Origin: Candidatus Marinacidobacterales bacterium
GTDB taxonomy: Bacteria; Acidobacteriota; Vicinamibacteria; Marinacidobacterales; SMYC01
Assembly: GCA_965237955.1 (NCBI GenBank)
Contig: OZ250169.1
Coordinates: forward strand, 7,872,001-7,936,000
Direction: 5' to 3'
Length of the DNA stretch: 64,000 bases
Under the pieces are notes generated by a model, which had not been told where the DNA came from, ran no database searches, and worked only from the letters and a program-made list of their open reading frames with translations. The position numbers and the translations under genes are program-made. Every line of letters starts with the position of its first letter. Position 1 is the stretch's first letter. Below are positions 10,226-24,505 of this stretch, in pieces.

Positions 10226-10617
10226 CGTCCTGTGCCAAAACTCGGCCCTTTTGAAATAGACCATAAATCAGCAGCTTAGTGTCTATGGTGCGCTCCCGTG
10301 AACGGCTTGGCGGGTTGCTACGTTTCTACCATAGGGAAGCCGCATGAGTATTTTGACCTTACGGGCACTCCCACAGGAAACGGGGAGAAACAGATAGGGC
10401 GCGCCTACGGAGCACCGTGCCAGCCCTCGACCCTACCGCGATGGAGCCTGACCAGAAGCCTGCTGGGCCGGACAGTTCCCCCGCTGATGCCCAGGGTGCC
10501 GACTATAATAGTGAGGGAGCCTCATCGGTGGGCCTTTTATTGGCCCGGTCGCAAACACAGACACTAAGCCGGTGATTTATGGTCTATTTCGAAAGGGTCG
10601 AGTTTTGGCACAGGACG
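10226..10617. mobile_element. Non-autonomous ~390-bp end-A miniature element
   Basis: Two inward-facing A ends with no transposase; left part repeated at 49506-49645. Confidence 0.8.
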
Positions 10618-10861
10618 GGGACCCCGAATCGCCGACATCGCCTCCGACACGCCCCAGAACTGGGGCTCGCCACAAGTCGATGACGATCGAAACGGCCCGG
10701 CGCGCCAGTCTTGAGTTCGTTTGTGTTTTTGGACAGGACGCCGGAGACTAATCAAGTTCGGTGCGCGCGGATGAATAAATAGAAGGCACAGCCATGCTAC
10801 GATGGGCTCGCATTTGTTTCCCGCGCGACGTTGTTGTAAGAGCAGGCTGAACTAAGCTGTC

Positions 10862-12073
10862 ATGCCAGATGTCAATCCAGAGATTTTGCGTTGGGCCCGC
10901 GAGACTGCGGGACTTGAGTCGGAGGAAGCGGTGGAGAAGCTGCAGCTCCGAGCAGCACGCGGCCAATCCGCTCTTGAGCGGTTAGCGGCGCTGGAGGCTG
11001 GTGACTATAAGCCGTCTCGGACCATGCTCGTAAGGATGGCGAGGCACTATCGACGCCCGCTCCTTGCTTTCTACTTGTCCGCTCCGCCTCGGCGCGGTGA
11101 CCGCGGCCAGGATTTCCGAACACTTCCGGAAAGCCACTCAGGTGCTGACGACGCACTGCTCGATGTTCTGATTCGCGATGTCCGGGCCCGTCAGAGCATG
11201 GTTCGGGCGCTAATGGAAGATGAAGAGGAGGCTGAACTGCTTCCCTTCATCTCATCCTTGAAGCTTTCCGACTCGCCGTCAATTTTCGTGAAGTCGATTC
11301 GTTCAACACTTCAGGTTAGCGTAGAAGATTTCCATTCTCAGCCGTCTCCACAGAAGGCCTTCGGTCTACTACGTCGCCAAGCTGAGAGCGTTGGCGTTTT
11401 CGTGCTCTTGATGGGCAACGTTGGTACTTACCACACAGCCATAGATCTTGAGACGTTCCGAGGGTTCGCACTGGCGGACGACGTTGCCCCGTTCGTCGTC
11501 ATCAACGATCAGGATTCAAGGGCCGCGTGGTCATTCACCCTCGTGCACGAACTGACGCATTTGTGGCTCGGACAAACCGGGGTCAGCGGCTATTTTGCAG
11601 AGCTCGCAGTCGAACGGTTCTGCAACGATGTCGCAGGCGAATTCCTTCTCCCAGCGGATGAGCTGCAGCAACTGCAGCTTGACGATAGACCCGATGAAGC
11701 AACACTCCAGGAGCGGATTGGTGAATTCGCTGCGGGAAGGAACGTGAGTGGATCGATGGTTGCCTACAGCCTGTATCGGAAGCGGATGATTGAGCAAGAA
11801 GTCTGGAAGCGACTCAGCGCGGCATTTCGCACTTTTTGGTCACGAGAACGGACATCCCAGCGAGACCGCGCGCGCGATGAAGAAGGCGGGCCGAACTATT
11901 ACGTTGTACGACGACATCGTCTCGGTCGCGCGTTGACTGATCTGGTCGGCCAGATGGTTACGGCAGGAGCGCTCACGTCCACTAAAGCAGCTAAGGTTCT
12001 CGGAGTCAAGCCCAAGCAGGTCCAGGTCCTGCTCGACACGGGCGAGCAGGGCGGTAAGCGGTCGCTGGCGTAG
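10862..12073 (+). CDS. XRE-HTH / ImmA-IrrE family metallopeptidase
   Basis: NPEILRWARE HTH; FTLVHELTHLWL HEXXH; ERFCNDVAGEFLLP. Confidence 0.9.
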   Translation: MPDVNPEILRWARETAGLESEEAVEKLQLRAARGQSALERLAALEAGDYKPSRTMLVRMARHYRRPLLAFYLSAPPRRGDRGQDFRTLPESHSGADDALLDVLIRDVRARQSMVRALMEDEEEAELLPFISSLKLSDSPSIFVKSIRSTLQVSVEDFHSQPSPQKAFGLLRRQAESVGVFVLLMGNVGTYHTAIDLETFRGFALADDVAPFVVINDQDSRAAWSFTLVHELTHLWLGQTGVSGYFAELAVERFCNDVAGEFLLPADELQQLQLDDRPDEATLQERIGEFAAGRNVSGSMVAYSLYRKRMIEQEVWKRLSAAFRTFWSRERTSQRDRARDEEGGPNYYVVRRHRLGRALTDLVGQMVTAGALTSTKAAKVLGVKPKQVQVLLDTGEQGGKRSLA

Positions 12074-12082
12074 AGACCACAA

Positions 12083-12586
12083 GTGCACTTGCTTGACTCT
12101 AACGTTCTCATCGACGCGAACCGCGACTATTATTCTATCTCTCGGGTACCAGAGTTCTGGAATTGGCTCGTCGATCTCGGCGCGAGGGAACTTGTCAAGA
12201 TACCACTGGAGATGTTTGAGGAGATCAAAGACGGCGACGATGATTTGGGAGAATGGATTCGGCAAGACGAAATCAAAGGTGCACTTCTGCTTCACGAGGA
12301 GGCTGATGTTGCGTTGGTTTCTCTGGTCACCAACGAAGGCTATGCACCTGATCTTACCGACGACGAGATAGAAAAGATTGGTCGTGACCCATTCCTAGTT
12401 GCGTACGGCCTCGGTAACGAAAACGAGCGCTGTATTGTTACTACGGAGACTTCCAGACCGTCTCGACGCCGCGCGAACCGACATGTCCCAGATGTTTGCA
12501 GTGGTCTGGGTGTTCGCTGTTGCAACACCTTTGAGTTCGTCCGCGAGTTCGACTTCACAACAAATTGGAAGCTGGGGCGGCGGTGA
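12083..12586 (+). CDS. DUF4411-type PIN-like protein
   Basis: HLLDSNVLIDANRDYY...PEFWNWL...DPFLVAY...VTTE...VPDVC; usual partner of HTH-ImmA genes. Confidence 0.8.
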   Translation: MHLLDSNVLIDANRDYYSISRVPEFWNWLVDLGARELVKIPLEMFEEIKDGDDDLGEWIRQDEIKGALLLHEEADVALVSLVTNEGYAPDLTDDEIEKIGRDPFLVAYGLGNENERCIVTTETSRPSRRRANRHVPDVCSGLGVRCCNTFEFVREFDFTTNWKLGRR

Positions 12587-12874
12587 AACGTGCTCCGATG
12601 CTGAATCCCGTCCTGTGCCAAAACTCAGCCCTTTTGAAATAGACCATAAACCAGCAGCATAGTTCACTTGATGGCGGAAGCACCGCACAGGACGAAGTCC
12701 GAATCGGAACTAGTTCATCTCCCTAACTATATATCCAAGAACTCGGCGAAACTGTCCGAACCATCGGACTGAATGGCGTATCGGAAACGGAGTTCGTCTT
12801 TGTCGTCACCACAGCTATCGTCCTTGATCTCAAGCGGAACGTGTCAACAACTTTGAGACACCCGCGGACTGCAT

Positions 12875-14008
12875 TTAGTGAGCCTCAATCAATGCAGTAA
12901 GACTCGTGGGCCCGGGGCGGTCACCGTCTGCGTGCGGCGAGATCTGGTCGCGTTGGCCTGAATCCGGGGGTACCCCAGGTGTGGACCACCTCGAGAAAGT
13001 GGCTCCGGCGGCCTCCTGGCGCGTCGTTTTCTCCGGCGGCGGGTTGATCCAGGCCTGAGGAGGCAAAACGGGGGGCTGTGGCATTCCGCGAACGAAGCGT
13101 TCGGGATGAGCCCGATGAGCTTCGAGGAGGATTTGGCGCCGGGCAGTGGTGAGCTGTTCCGCGAGACCATCGTGAACGGCGGCCGGTGTCATGAGGCCGA
13201 TTCCCGAGTGCCGGCGTTCGTGATTGTAGTAGTCGAGGAAGCCGCCGCAGAACAGCCGGCCGTCTTCGATGGAACCAAAACGGCTCGGAAACTGAGGGCA
13301 ATACTTCAGAGTCTTGAACTGGGACTCGGAGTAGGGGTTATCGTTCGAGACGTAAGGTCTGGAGTGGGTCTTGGTAACGCCGAGGTCAGCCAGGAGCATA
13401 GCTACGGACTTGCTTCGCATCGAGCTGCCACGGTCGGCGTGGATGGTGAGCTGGTCTGGTTCGATGTTCTGTTTGCGGCAGCTCTCGCTGATGAGACGAC
13501 GAGCGAGCTCAGCGCTTTCTCGTCGAGCCAACATCCACCCGGTCACGTAACGGGAGAAGATGTCCAGAATCACGTAGAGGTAGTAGTAGGTCCACTTGAC
13601 GGGGCCACGCAGCTTGGTGATATCCCACGACCAAACCTGGTTCGGCGCTTCGGCCAGCAGCTCCGGCTTTTGATAATTCGGATGTCGCAGCTGGTTCCGG
13701 CGCTCTCGGACCTCTCCGTTCTCCGCCAGAATCCGATACATCGTGCGGATCGAGCAGTAGTAGATTCCCTCGTCCAGGAGCGTGGCCCACACCTGAGCGG
13801 GCGCCTTGTCGACGAACCGCTCGGAGTGCAAGGCACCGAGAACCAGCTCACGTTCGGTCACATCGAGGGCTCGGTGCGACCGGCGTTTCGCATTGGACGT
13901 CACCGTCTGGCGCCTGCGATACAACGTGGAGCGAGCTATTCCAAGGGCCTCGCAGGCTTCCGCCGTCTGTCCAATTCGTCCCGCCAGCTCCTCGGCCGCC
14001 ACCATCAA
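12875..14008 (-). CDS. IS3 OrfB transposase
   Basis: PNQVWSWDIT, HADRGS, NDNPYSESQFKTLK. Confidence 0.9.
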   Translation of the reverse strand: MMVAAEELAGRIGQTAEACEALGIARSTLYRRRQTVTSNAKRRSHRALDVTERELVLGALHSERFVDKAPAQVWATLLDEGIYYCSIRTMYRILAENGEVRERRNQLRHPNYQKPELLAEAPNQVWSWDITKLRGPVKWTYYYLYVILDIFSRYVTGWMLARRESAELARRLISESCRKQNIEPDQLTIHADRGSSMRSKSVAMLLADLGVTKTHSRPYVSNDNPYSESQFKTLKYCPQFPSRFGSIEDGRLFCGGFLDYYNHERRHSGIGLMTPAAVHDGLAEQLTTARRQILLEAHRAHPERFVRGMPQPPVLPPQAWINPPPEKTTRQEAAGATFSRWSTPGVPPDSGQRDQISPHADGDRPGPTSLTALIEAH

Positions 14009-14472
14009 TCGTTCTCGTCGCTGTCTGGTGGATTCAGGGGGACCCCCAGAAGTTCGGAGGTTTTTTTTTGGATCTCTAGCATCGTCTCCACCCGAGCCAG
14101 GCGATGCTTCAATCGCGCGTTCTCGCGCTCGAGCTCCTTGACCCGTGGATCCTCTGCCTTCGCCTTCCGTCCTCGCTTCCTCGATGTCAACCCCGCCTTG
14201 GCAATCTTGTCACGTTGGCGACGCCAACTCGAAAGATGCGACGAGTACAGTCCCTCTCGACGCAGAAGAGCCGCAACATCCCCGTCACCCTTGCAAGCAT
14301 CGGCCTCGCGCACTATCCGCAGCTTGTACTCTGCGGTAAAGCGTCGACGCTTCGCTTGCTCACTCACTTCGGGATCCGGGACCCCTGCCGCATCGCGGCC
14401 GGCGCGATCTGCAGTCGCCCTACGGGCTCCTTCCGATCCCGCCGGGGTCATTCTCTCAATCAACGTAGTCAT
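14005..14472 (-). CDS. IS3 OrfA
   Basis: RRRFTAEYKLRIV...LLRREGLYSSHLSSWR, then coiled coil. Confidence 0.85.
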   Translation of the reverse strand: MTTLIERMTPAGSEGARRATADRAGRDAAGVPDPEVSEQAKRRRFTAEYKLRIVREADACKGDGDVAALLRREGLYSSHLSSWRRQRDKIAKAGLTSRKRGRKAKAEDPRVKELERENARLKHRLARVETMLEIQKKTSELLGVPLNPPDSDEND

Positions 14473-14537
14473 TCATGATCCTCCTCCGCCCTCTACACTA
14501 ATTTCAAGGGGCGAAGTGTCTCAAGGAGGTTGGCACA

Positions 14538-15295
14538 GAGGGAAGCAAGTGAACGGCGGCGTAGAAGCCTTTCACGTTGCGCCACACAACGATCTGTCCG
14601 AGACAAGGCGTCCGAACGCGAGATGTGTAGTCCAGCGACCCAGCATTTACTACTTGTGCGATGGACGTGCACCCTCGGGCCAGTGCAATACCGTTGATTG
14701 ACTGAGGATCGTTGTACACATGGATGCTCGTGTCGCTCGCTTTGGTCCATTCCGTTTCGAATTTCAGCACTTCAGAACCGATGACATAGCGACCGTTATG
14801 GCTACTGTAGTCAAACACAACCTCGCCGGCCGGGGAAGTCATTCTCGGGGGAGGCATTTCGGAAGCCTTACCATTGAAACGCTCGATTCCGAGCTTTTCC
14901 GCTATCGTCGCCGCAAGTTGTGAAGGCGTGTGTTCTTCGGCGCGTAAGAAGATAACGTCTTCCTGCAATCCAGGGACCGAAGTGTCATCGAAGCGCACCG
15001 GAAGAACATATTCTCTCTGTGCTCCGAGCGCGCGGCTCATGGCGGACCGTCTCTCATGACGCGTCCAAGCCTTGTCGACATATGCTTGGGAAATGAACAT
15101 CACGACATAGGCGGCCTGTTGCTCGAATGCTTGATGAAAGGCCTCCGCGCCGTTCTGGCCCCATAACGACACCTTCTCGAAGCCGTCGTAGAACACCGCG
15201 ATAGATCGCTCGTGAAGACACCGCGCTACCTCTTCAACGTAGCTCCGTTGTTCACCGGCAAAGGATAACGCCACTTGATACTGCATGTTCCTCAT
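14538..15295 (-). CDS. TIR-domain protein, C-terminus clipped by IS3
   Basis: YQVALSFAGEQRSYVEEVA...VFYD...WTRHERRSA...VLPVRFD. Confidence 0.85.
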
Positions 15296-15337
15296 CGTTC
15301 AGTGCTTGCGTCATTGACTGTTGCGGGGGTGCTTGCG

Positions 15338-15670
15338 GGGATGTCCCGGCCGCTGTTGAATTTGGTCGGGTAGCGGCGGCACCTGTGAATACTCTTAGGC
15401 AGCAAACTCATCGCTGTCAAGAGATTTCTGTTTGCTTCTAAGCGCGTGAACGAGAGCGCCCATATGGCGATAGCCTTTGATACGCCGGAACTCTTTCTCC
15501 GCCGTGACGACGCCGAGAGCGGTCCATCGGCGAACCATCGAAGGACTCTTCCAACGCTTGACGTTTCTCGATACTCTGCGAATGGTTCCGTTGAGATTCT
15601 CAATGGCGTTCGTCGTGGCAAGAGACTGGCGAAGTAAGGCGGGCAGCGTGAGCTTCACGACCGTGAGTGT
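15338..15670 (-). pseudogene. IS256 transposase 3' remnant with its end
   Basis: SLATTNAIENLNGTIRRVSRNVKRW...AEKEFRRIKGY; end TTCAACAGCGGCCGGGACATCCC. Confidence 0.8.
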
Positions 15671-16142
15671 CGCCTGCGAAGGTCCGGGCTCGCTGAGGCC
15701 GGACTCAACTAAAACACTCTCCGGAAAATCTGAGGGGTTCACCCTTTTCGTTTGTGATTTCTCCTTTGGGTTCCTCGGTGTTAGCGAATGGCCACAATAG
15801 TACTCGTTGCCATACTTTGGGCACCGTTATACTGTTTTGCCAGTCCTTTACTTCTTCTTGAAAGCTCTCTTTAAAGTACATGTCTGGGATGCGGCTCACC
15901 AGTGCTAGCCAACATTTGCAATCCGGATGTGTCTCTTTCCATTCGATGGCCTTTGGCGTCTTCTTCTCTATTGCGTCCACGATTGCTCTCCGCACCTCTA
16001 CTCCGGGTATGCATCCTTCGTAGCTCATTTCGATACCTATTCGTGGCACTAGCCCTCGTTCTGACTGCGTTTGATGCTGAACCTGCACTAGACCTAGTCG
16101 TACTCCACACTCTAGGGGTGCTTCCGCCATTAAGTGTTGGTG

Positions 16143-16262
16143 GGTACTGTCAAGTTGAGGCATTCAGGGCCGATCCGACCCCAAGATGTTGGCAACGCTG
16201 TGCGCTCAAGCCCCATCATCTAGCGGCCCGCTTCGAGCTTGAGACCTCAACTTGACAATACC
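16143..16262. mobile_element. 120-bp IS6-derived miniature element
   Basis: GGTACTGTCAAGTTGAGG ... CCTCAACTTGACAATACC, resembling the IS6 ends at 60534/61339. Confidence 0.75.
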
Positions 16263-16306
16263 CTCCGGTCACCGACCGGCAGTGTAGAATCGGCACCGGG
16301 GGGAAT

Positions 16307-17140
16307 GTGGCTCTCATACACGGCATCGATTTTTCCGGAGACGTACGGATGTGGAGGCCAGGCGTTCGGGGCTCAAACGTCTGGGTCTCAACGGCGCAGG
16401 TACACGAGCAGCTCATGGAGATCATGGAGCTACGGCCGGTCCAGAATCTACCAGGCGGGTCACACCCATTCCAGCGGCTAGTGACATTGCTCGTTAGAGA
16501 CGAATACCGCGCAGCAGGGATTGACGCACCCTTCGCTCTTCCGGCCCGTCACATGCCAGCGGGCGGGTTTCCGATGCTGCTGCAGGATGTCGCACAGTTC
16601 CCGACGGGGAATCGCCCGTTCGCCAAAGGGAAGGAGCTGGTCGCCTACGGGGAAGCGAACGCCTCTCTTGAAGAGCGAAAGCCAATGCGTAAGACGGAGC
16701 ACTTCTGGAGAAAAAGAGGCGTCAATGTCCGGTCGACCTTGTGGAACGGTCCTCGCGGCGGGGCACCCTTCACGGTAGCCAACCTTACACTCCTCGCCCA
16801 GGTAAGACGATCAGTTTGGCCTTGGTCCCGTGCCGTTCCGGGTCTTCTCGTTGAGTCCTTCCCAGCGGGCCAGCTACATCACTGGAACCTACCGCACGAG
16901 GGGTATGACGGACCGGACGGTAAGAGCGCACGAACGACTATTCTCGATGCGCTCTCGCCACGTATCCAGATTCCCGGCTACTTGCGGACGCTCTGCCAAG
17001 ACAGCGCTGATGCACTTGACGCGGTGCTCTGCCTGTTTTCGGCGAAGGCCGCGGCTGATGGCCTCGCAGTCGTTGACGATCCCGCAGCTGCTGAACGCGA
17101 GGGTTGGATCGCCGTACATCCGAGGATAGCGAATGAGTGA
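16307..17140 (+). CDS. DUF429-like RNase H-fold protein
   Basis: IHGIDFSG, AGIDAPFALP, LVESFPA, DALDAVLC, EGWI. Confidence 0.75.
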   Translation: MALIHGIDFSGDVRMWRPGVRGSNVWVSTAQVHEQLMEIMELRPVQNLPGGSHPFQRLVTLLVRDEYRAAGIDAPFALPARHMPAGGFPMLLQDVAQFPTGNRPFAKGKELVAYGEANASLEERKPMRKTEHFWRKRGVNVRSTLWNGPRGGAPFTVANLTLLAQVRRSVWPWSRAVPGLLVESFPAGQLHHWNLPHEGYDGPDGKSARTTILDALSPRIQIPGYLRTLCQDSADALDAVLCLFSAKAAADGLAVVDDPAAAEREGWIAVHPRIANE

Positions 17141-17209
17141 ATCACAAGATGGAATGCGAAAAGGACTCTCGCTAGGTGTGCTGATTATCGGGTCGCTTTA
17201 CTGGGACCC

Positions 17210-17663
17210 CGTCCTGTGCCAAAACTCGGCCCTTTTGAAATAGGCCATAAATCAGCAACTTAGTGTCTGTGTTTGCGACCGGGCCAAGGGACGTGGGCTT
17301 TACAATCGTCTTGGGCGGGCGGGTCGTCACCATGCAGATGACCTCCTAGTCGAGAGCGAATATCGAAGCGTGTTCCTGAAGCTGTTTCCACGCTACGCCG
17401 GTCGATCCCGCCGAGGGGCTACCGTCGCCGGCGACCATCTACGCGGCACGGCAGTAGTAGTTGAGAATGCCCCCAAGTCGCTCTCGCGACACGATGGGGC
17501 CAGCGTCATTCGCGCTTGCCGGCAGAGGTGTGAGGAGCTCGTTGCCGAGACCTTGGTGGTTCCGTTCTGTGTGATAGTGCACTACGTATTCGGTTTTATT
17601 TCACCAACACTTAATGGCGGAAGCACCGTCTATTTCAAAAGAGCCGAGTTTCGGCACAGGACA
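17210..17663. mobile_element. Internally deleted rve element (A end, 3' transposase remnant, C end, short A end)
   Basis: 17210-17594 matches 2799-3184. Confidence 0.85.
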
Positions 17664-17860
17664 CGGTCAAGTACAAGTACAAGGGCGGCAAAGTTCTGAC
17701 CGAAAAGTTATTTATTCGGAGATAGTTATAGAGATTCGGCCTCCCACGACGAAGGGCGCCGGAAATGATTTAGTTGAAACTGGCTCCGCTCCCGGCGAGC
17801 TGGTCTTGAGTTCGTTTGTGTTTTTGGACACGACGCGCATGAGTATTTTGACCTCACGCC

Positions 17861-17890
17861 TTGACATGCTAGACATTTGTCTGGTACGGT
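17861..17890 (+). promoter_or_regulatory. Putative sigma70 promoter with palindromic operator upstream of lexA
   Basis: TTGACA at 17861; AGACA-TT-TGTCT at 17871-17882; weak -10 TACGGT at 17885. Confidence 0.55.
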
Positions 17891-17895
17891 TAAAC

Positions 17896-18528
17896 GTGCC
17901 CAAGACACCTCCAGGTGAGACACGCGAACGGGTCTACGAGTTCGTCCGGGAGCGCCTGTGGAGCGGCCGACCGCCGACGATCCGGGAAGTGCAACACGCC
18001 TTTCACTTCCGCGCCGTCGAAACGGCACGGGCTCACCTCGAAGCCCTCGTCCAACAAGGTCTCCTGGTGAAACGAAACGGAGAGGCACGCGGGTATGCCC
18101 TCCCCGAGCTCGAGAGCAACCATTTGCCGAGGCTCGTTCCTATTCTGGGGCACGTCCAAGCGGGCGCTCTCAGCACCGCGGTCGAAGATCTCGAAGGCTA
18201 CGTTCCGGTCGAAGCCACCGGCTCCTCGCAAGAGCTCTTCGCTCTTCGGGTCCAGGGCGAGAGTATGACTGGGGCGGGCATCTACCCGAACGATCTCGTC
18301 ATCGTAAAAAGGCAAGCCACGGCGCACTCTGGAGAAATCATCGTTGCACTCGTCGAGGACGAGGCCACGATCAAGCGCCTCCGGATCCGAAACGGCCACA
18401 TCGAGCTCCATCCGGAGAATCCAGATTTCGACATCATCGTCCCGACCCGCTTTCAAAGCTCGATTCTGGGCCGGGTCATCGAGATTCGCAGGTTTTTGGA
18501 CAAAGCCTCGTCACCCATTCGCGATTGA
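17896..18528 (+). CDS. lexA: LexA repressor
   Basis: PPTIREV HTH, VQAG cleavage site, GESM serine, ATIKR lysine. Confidence 0.93.
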   Translation: MPKTPPGETRERVYEFVRERLWSGRPPTIREVQHAFHFRAVETARAHLEALVQQGLLVKRNGEARGYALPELESNHLPRLVPILGHVQAGALSTAVEDLEGYVPVEATGSSQELFALRVQGESMTGAGIYPNDLVIVKRQATAHSGEIIVALVEDEATIKRLRIRNGHIELHPENPDFDIIVPTRFQSSILGRVIEIRRFLDKASSPIRD

Positions 18529-18540
18529 AGTATTACCTTC

Positions 18541-19212
18541 ATGTTCATCTCGCGCGCTTTCGCCAAGGGACTTCTCTCCTCGTCTCCCTCTCTCGCCGAG
18601 AGCGTCAAGCAAGATTGGGGGCTCGCGCAGATGGCGGGCCGCCTCGTTGAGATTTCCGGAGAGCGTGCGTCGGCGAATTTGACGGTCGCGATAGGTCTCG
18701 TGCTCGAAGCCCAACAACGTGGTGAGCATGCGTCCTGGGTGACATTACGGCACAGTACGTTTTTTCCGCCCGATGTGGCCGCCTGCGGCGTTTCATTGAG
18801 GCATTTGGTCACCGTCCGCGTGGAGACGCTTCGTGACGCCACTCGAGCCGTCGTCGAGCTGACGCGCTCGGGCGGCTTCGACCTCGTCGTGCTCGACCGG
18901 GGTCCCGAAGCGCTCCTCGTGGGCAGAAGCTTTTCTCGGCTTTCAAAAAAGAAGCAGTATCGCGAGCGATTCTCGACTCCGCTTCTCACTAAGCTCGCCG
19001 GTTTAGCTCGAAAACATCGAACCGCCGTCGTCGTTCTGACGGAGAAAAACGAGCGGGCGAGCTCATTGAGTTCGCTCATTTCGCTGCGCGCCGAAACCAA
19101 ACGCGACAAGGACGAGCCTTGTCGACTGGAGATTCACTTGTTGAAAGACAAAAGGCGTGGGCCAGGACGACGTCATCACGAGGTATGCCATGCACCGGAT
19201 GGCCTGCGTTGA
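18541..19212 (+). CDS. imuA: ImuA/RecA-like protein of the mutagenesis cassette
   Basis: GRLVEISG with degenerate P-loop, FFPPDVAACGV, RSGGFDLVVLD; lies between lexA and imuB. Confidence 0.75.
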   Translation: MFISRAFAKGLLSSSPSLAESVKQDWGLAQMAGRLVEISGERASANLTVAIGLVLEAQQRGEHASWVTLRHSTFFPPDVAACGVSLRHLVTVRVETLRDATRAVVELTRSGGFDLVVLDRGPEALLVGRSFSRLSKKKQYRERFSTPLLTKLAGLARKHRTAVVVLTEKNERASSLSSLISLRAETKRDKDEPCRLEIHLLKDKRRGPGRRHHEVCHAPDGLR

Positions 19213-20686
19213 TATCCCGGCTTTCCCGTTACAGCTCCTGTTCAAGGAGCATCCCGATTGGCGCGAATTTCCCGCCGCCGTCGTCGCCGAAGAAAAGCCT
19301 CAAGCCTTCATCCTTTGGGTCAACGAGAAAGCGAGACATTTCGGGATCCGTCCGGGCCATCGTTACGCCTCCGGGCTCGCACTTTCACGAGAGCTGCGCG
19401 CAGGGGCCATCGGCGACGAGTTTGTTCGAAGAGAAGTTGCAGCGCTCACGGAAAGACTTCGCCAATTCACGCCCGAAGTCGAGCCCGCAGACGAAAAGTG
19501 GCACTCTCCCGGCCTTTTCTGGCTGAACGCTTCGGGTCTCGAGCGGCTGTTCTCCTCGCTTTCCACGTGGGGGCGCAACATCCGTGCCGCGCTCGACGCC
19601 ATGGAGTTTTTTTCTTCGGTAAGCGTGGGCTATACCCGCTTCGGCAGCTATGCCGTGGCTCGTGCTCATCGAGGCCTCACAGTCCTCAAAAGCCGCGACG
19701 AAGAAGAAAGCGCGGCACGCCGCGTGCCGCTCTCACGTCTCGACATTCCACCGGACGCCCAGGAATCCTTTCTCAAGCTCGGGGTGCGCACCGTCGCCGA
19801 TCTGCTCCACTTGCCCGCCAAAGGGCTTTCGAAACGATTCGGTCCCGAAGTCCATGACCTGCATCGTCTCGCGCGCGGAGATCTTTTTGGTCCGCTCGCA
19901 CCCAAGCCTCCGATCGAGCCTCTCGAAGAGCGGATGGAGCTTCCGGGGCCGGAGATCGACAGCGAGCGCCTGTTGTTCTTCATCAAGCGGCTCGTCGATG
20001 CCTTGCTCGAAAAACTCGACGCCAAGAGCCTCGCGTTGACCAGGCTCACCCTGAAGCTCGTGCTCGACGATCGAAGCACTTGTCAAGAAGAGCTTCGCCC
20101 CGACACGCCCACGCTCGATGGCCCCAAACTCTTGGGACTCATCCGGCTGCGGCTCGAGAGCGTGCAGCTTCCTGCTGGAGCGGTCGAGCTCGCCATCGGT
20201 GCCAAAGCATCCCGCAAGAAGAACGAACAACTGTCCTTAGTCACCGATAACCCGAAACGCGATCCTGAGAAAAGGGGGTTGGCCTTAGCGCGACTGCGCG
20301 CCGAGCTCGGAGACCACGCGGTCGTCTGCGCCCAGCTCACCGATGGGCACCTTCCCCGGGCTCGGTTTCAATGGACGCCTCTTACGAGCGCGGTCACCGC
20401 GGAAGTTCCAGCGACCAAGAGTCGTCGAACGCTGATTCGGCGCATCTACGACGCTCCCACGGCGCTTCCTCCGCGTTCCCGTCACGAGCCGGACGGCTGG
20501 ATGCTGCGCGGGCTCGAGTTCGGTCCGGTCCGCGATTTTCTGGGCCCCTACATTCTTTCAGGAGGCTGGTGGAAGCGTACCGTTCAGCGCGAGTACTACT
20601 TCGTGACCATGCAGCAAGGCGACATCTATTGGGTTTTCTACGATCGGTTCCGCCGCTGGTGGTTTCTGGAAGGACACGTGGAATAA
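19190..20686 (+). CDS. imuB: ImuB, inactive Y-family polymerase
   Basis: [36 protein letters not shown]...REYY. Confidence 0.88.
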   Translation: MHRMACVDIPAFPLQLLFKEHPDWREFPAAVVAEEKPQAFILWVNEKARHFGIRPGHRYASGLALSRELRAGAIGDEFVRREVAALTERLRQFTPEVEPADEKWHSPGLFWLNASGLERLFSSLSTWGRNIRAALDAMEFFSSVSVGYTRFGSYAVARAHRGLTVLKSRDEEESAARRVPLSRLDIPPDAQESFLKLGVRTVADLLHLPAKGLSKRFGPEVHDLHRLARGDLFGPLAPKPPIEPLEERMELPGPEIDSERLLFFIKRLVDALLEKLDAKSLALTRLTLKLVLDDRSTCQEELRPDTPTLDGPKLLGLIRLRLESVQLPAGAVELAIGAKASRKKNEQLSLVTDNPKRDPEKRGLALARLRAELGDHAVVCAQLTDGHLPRARFQWTPLTSAVTAEVPATKSRRTLIRRIYDAPTALPPRSRHEPDGWMLRGLEFGPVRDFLGPYILSGGWWKRTVQREYYFVTMQQGDIYWVFYDRFRRWWFLEGHVE

Positions 20687-20711
20687 GCCGCCTGGCACGA
20701 TCCTCTCTCTC

Positions 20712-23756
<3,045 letters not shown>

Positions 23757-24072
23757 TAATGTTGCGCCTTTACATAAGCTTGATCGGCGAGAACCACGTG
23801 TCCCTTCCCGTCCTGTGCCAAAACTCGGCCCTTTTGAAATAGACCACAAATCAGCAGCTTAGACGCCCTTGGAATCCGCGCAGAATCGAGGGCATTTCGC
23901 GCCGCAGGGCTGACTTACGACCCCTGGGCTGCGGGTGGCGAGCGACAGGCCCACCGGGGGTGCGCACGGCTGGCTCAAATCGGCTGCCGGGCGAGCTACG
24001 GGCAGCGGACTGCGCACCCGGAAGTCCCTCATTAGACTGGACTTTATCGAGCACAAGAGCGAACGTTCGGGG

Positions 24073-24504
24073 ATGCCGCAGGATACAGGGGTTGGCCGGA
24101 ACGTCGTTTTGGACGGTTTGGACTTCGCCAGCTTGCGGCGGGTCTGGGAGCAAACCTTTGGGGCTGCTCCCCCACGCTCGCTCTCGCGTGTTTTCCTGCG
24201 CCGCGTTCTTGCGTACGAACGCCAGTGCCGGACCCATGGCGGGCTTTCGGCTACAACCCGGCGCGCTCTGGCTGCCATGGCGAACGAGACACCAAGCTCC
24301 GGCGCTCTCGCAGGGTCCGTTTCTCCCGGCACCCATCTCGTCCGCGAGTGGAATGGCCGGACCTACCAGGTCGAGGTAATCGACAACGGCTATCGGTTCG
24401 ATGGCAAAACCTATCCGTCCCTCACTACCATCGCAAAGCGAATCACCGGCACCCACTGGTCTGGACCACGCTTTTTCGGTCTGACGCCCAAGCGCAAGGC
24501 CTAA
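24073..24504 (+). CDS. DUF2924 protein
   Basis: PGTHLVREWNGRTYQVEV...SLTTIAKRITGTHWSGPRFFGL. Confidence 0.85.
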   Translation: MPQDTGVGRNVVLDGLDFASLRRVWEQTFGAAPPRSLSRVFLRRVLAYERQCRTHGGLSATTRRALAAMANETPSSGALAGSVSPGTHLVREWNGRTYQVEVIDNGYRFDGKTYPSLTTIAKRITGTHWSGPRFFGLTPKRKA

Positions 24505-24505
24505 C

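Larger units (their letters stand above)
12842..14537 (-). mobile_element. IS3 family element
   Basis: Imperfect inverted repeats sharing TTGAGACAC; orfA/orfB; A9 slippery run near 14060-14068. Confidence 0.85.

Noticed and set aside
13106-14701. Long antisense or overlapping ORFs (also 20972-22552, 41182-42903, 42967-44223)
   Set aside because: Shadow frames of well-supported genes in GC-rich DNA
15705-16116. Minus-strand ORF fragment next to an end C
   Set aside because: No recognisable motif, and its start lies inside the repeat
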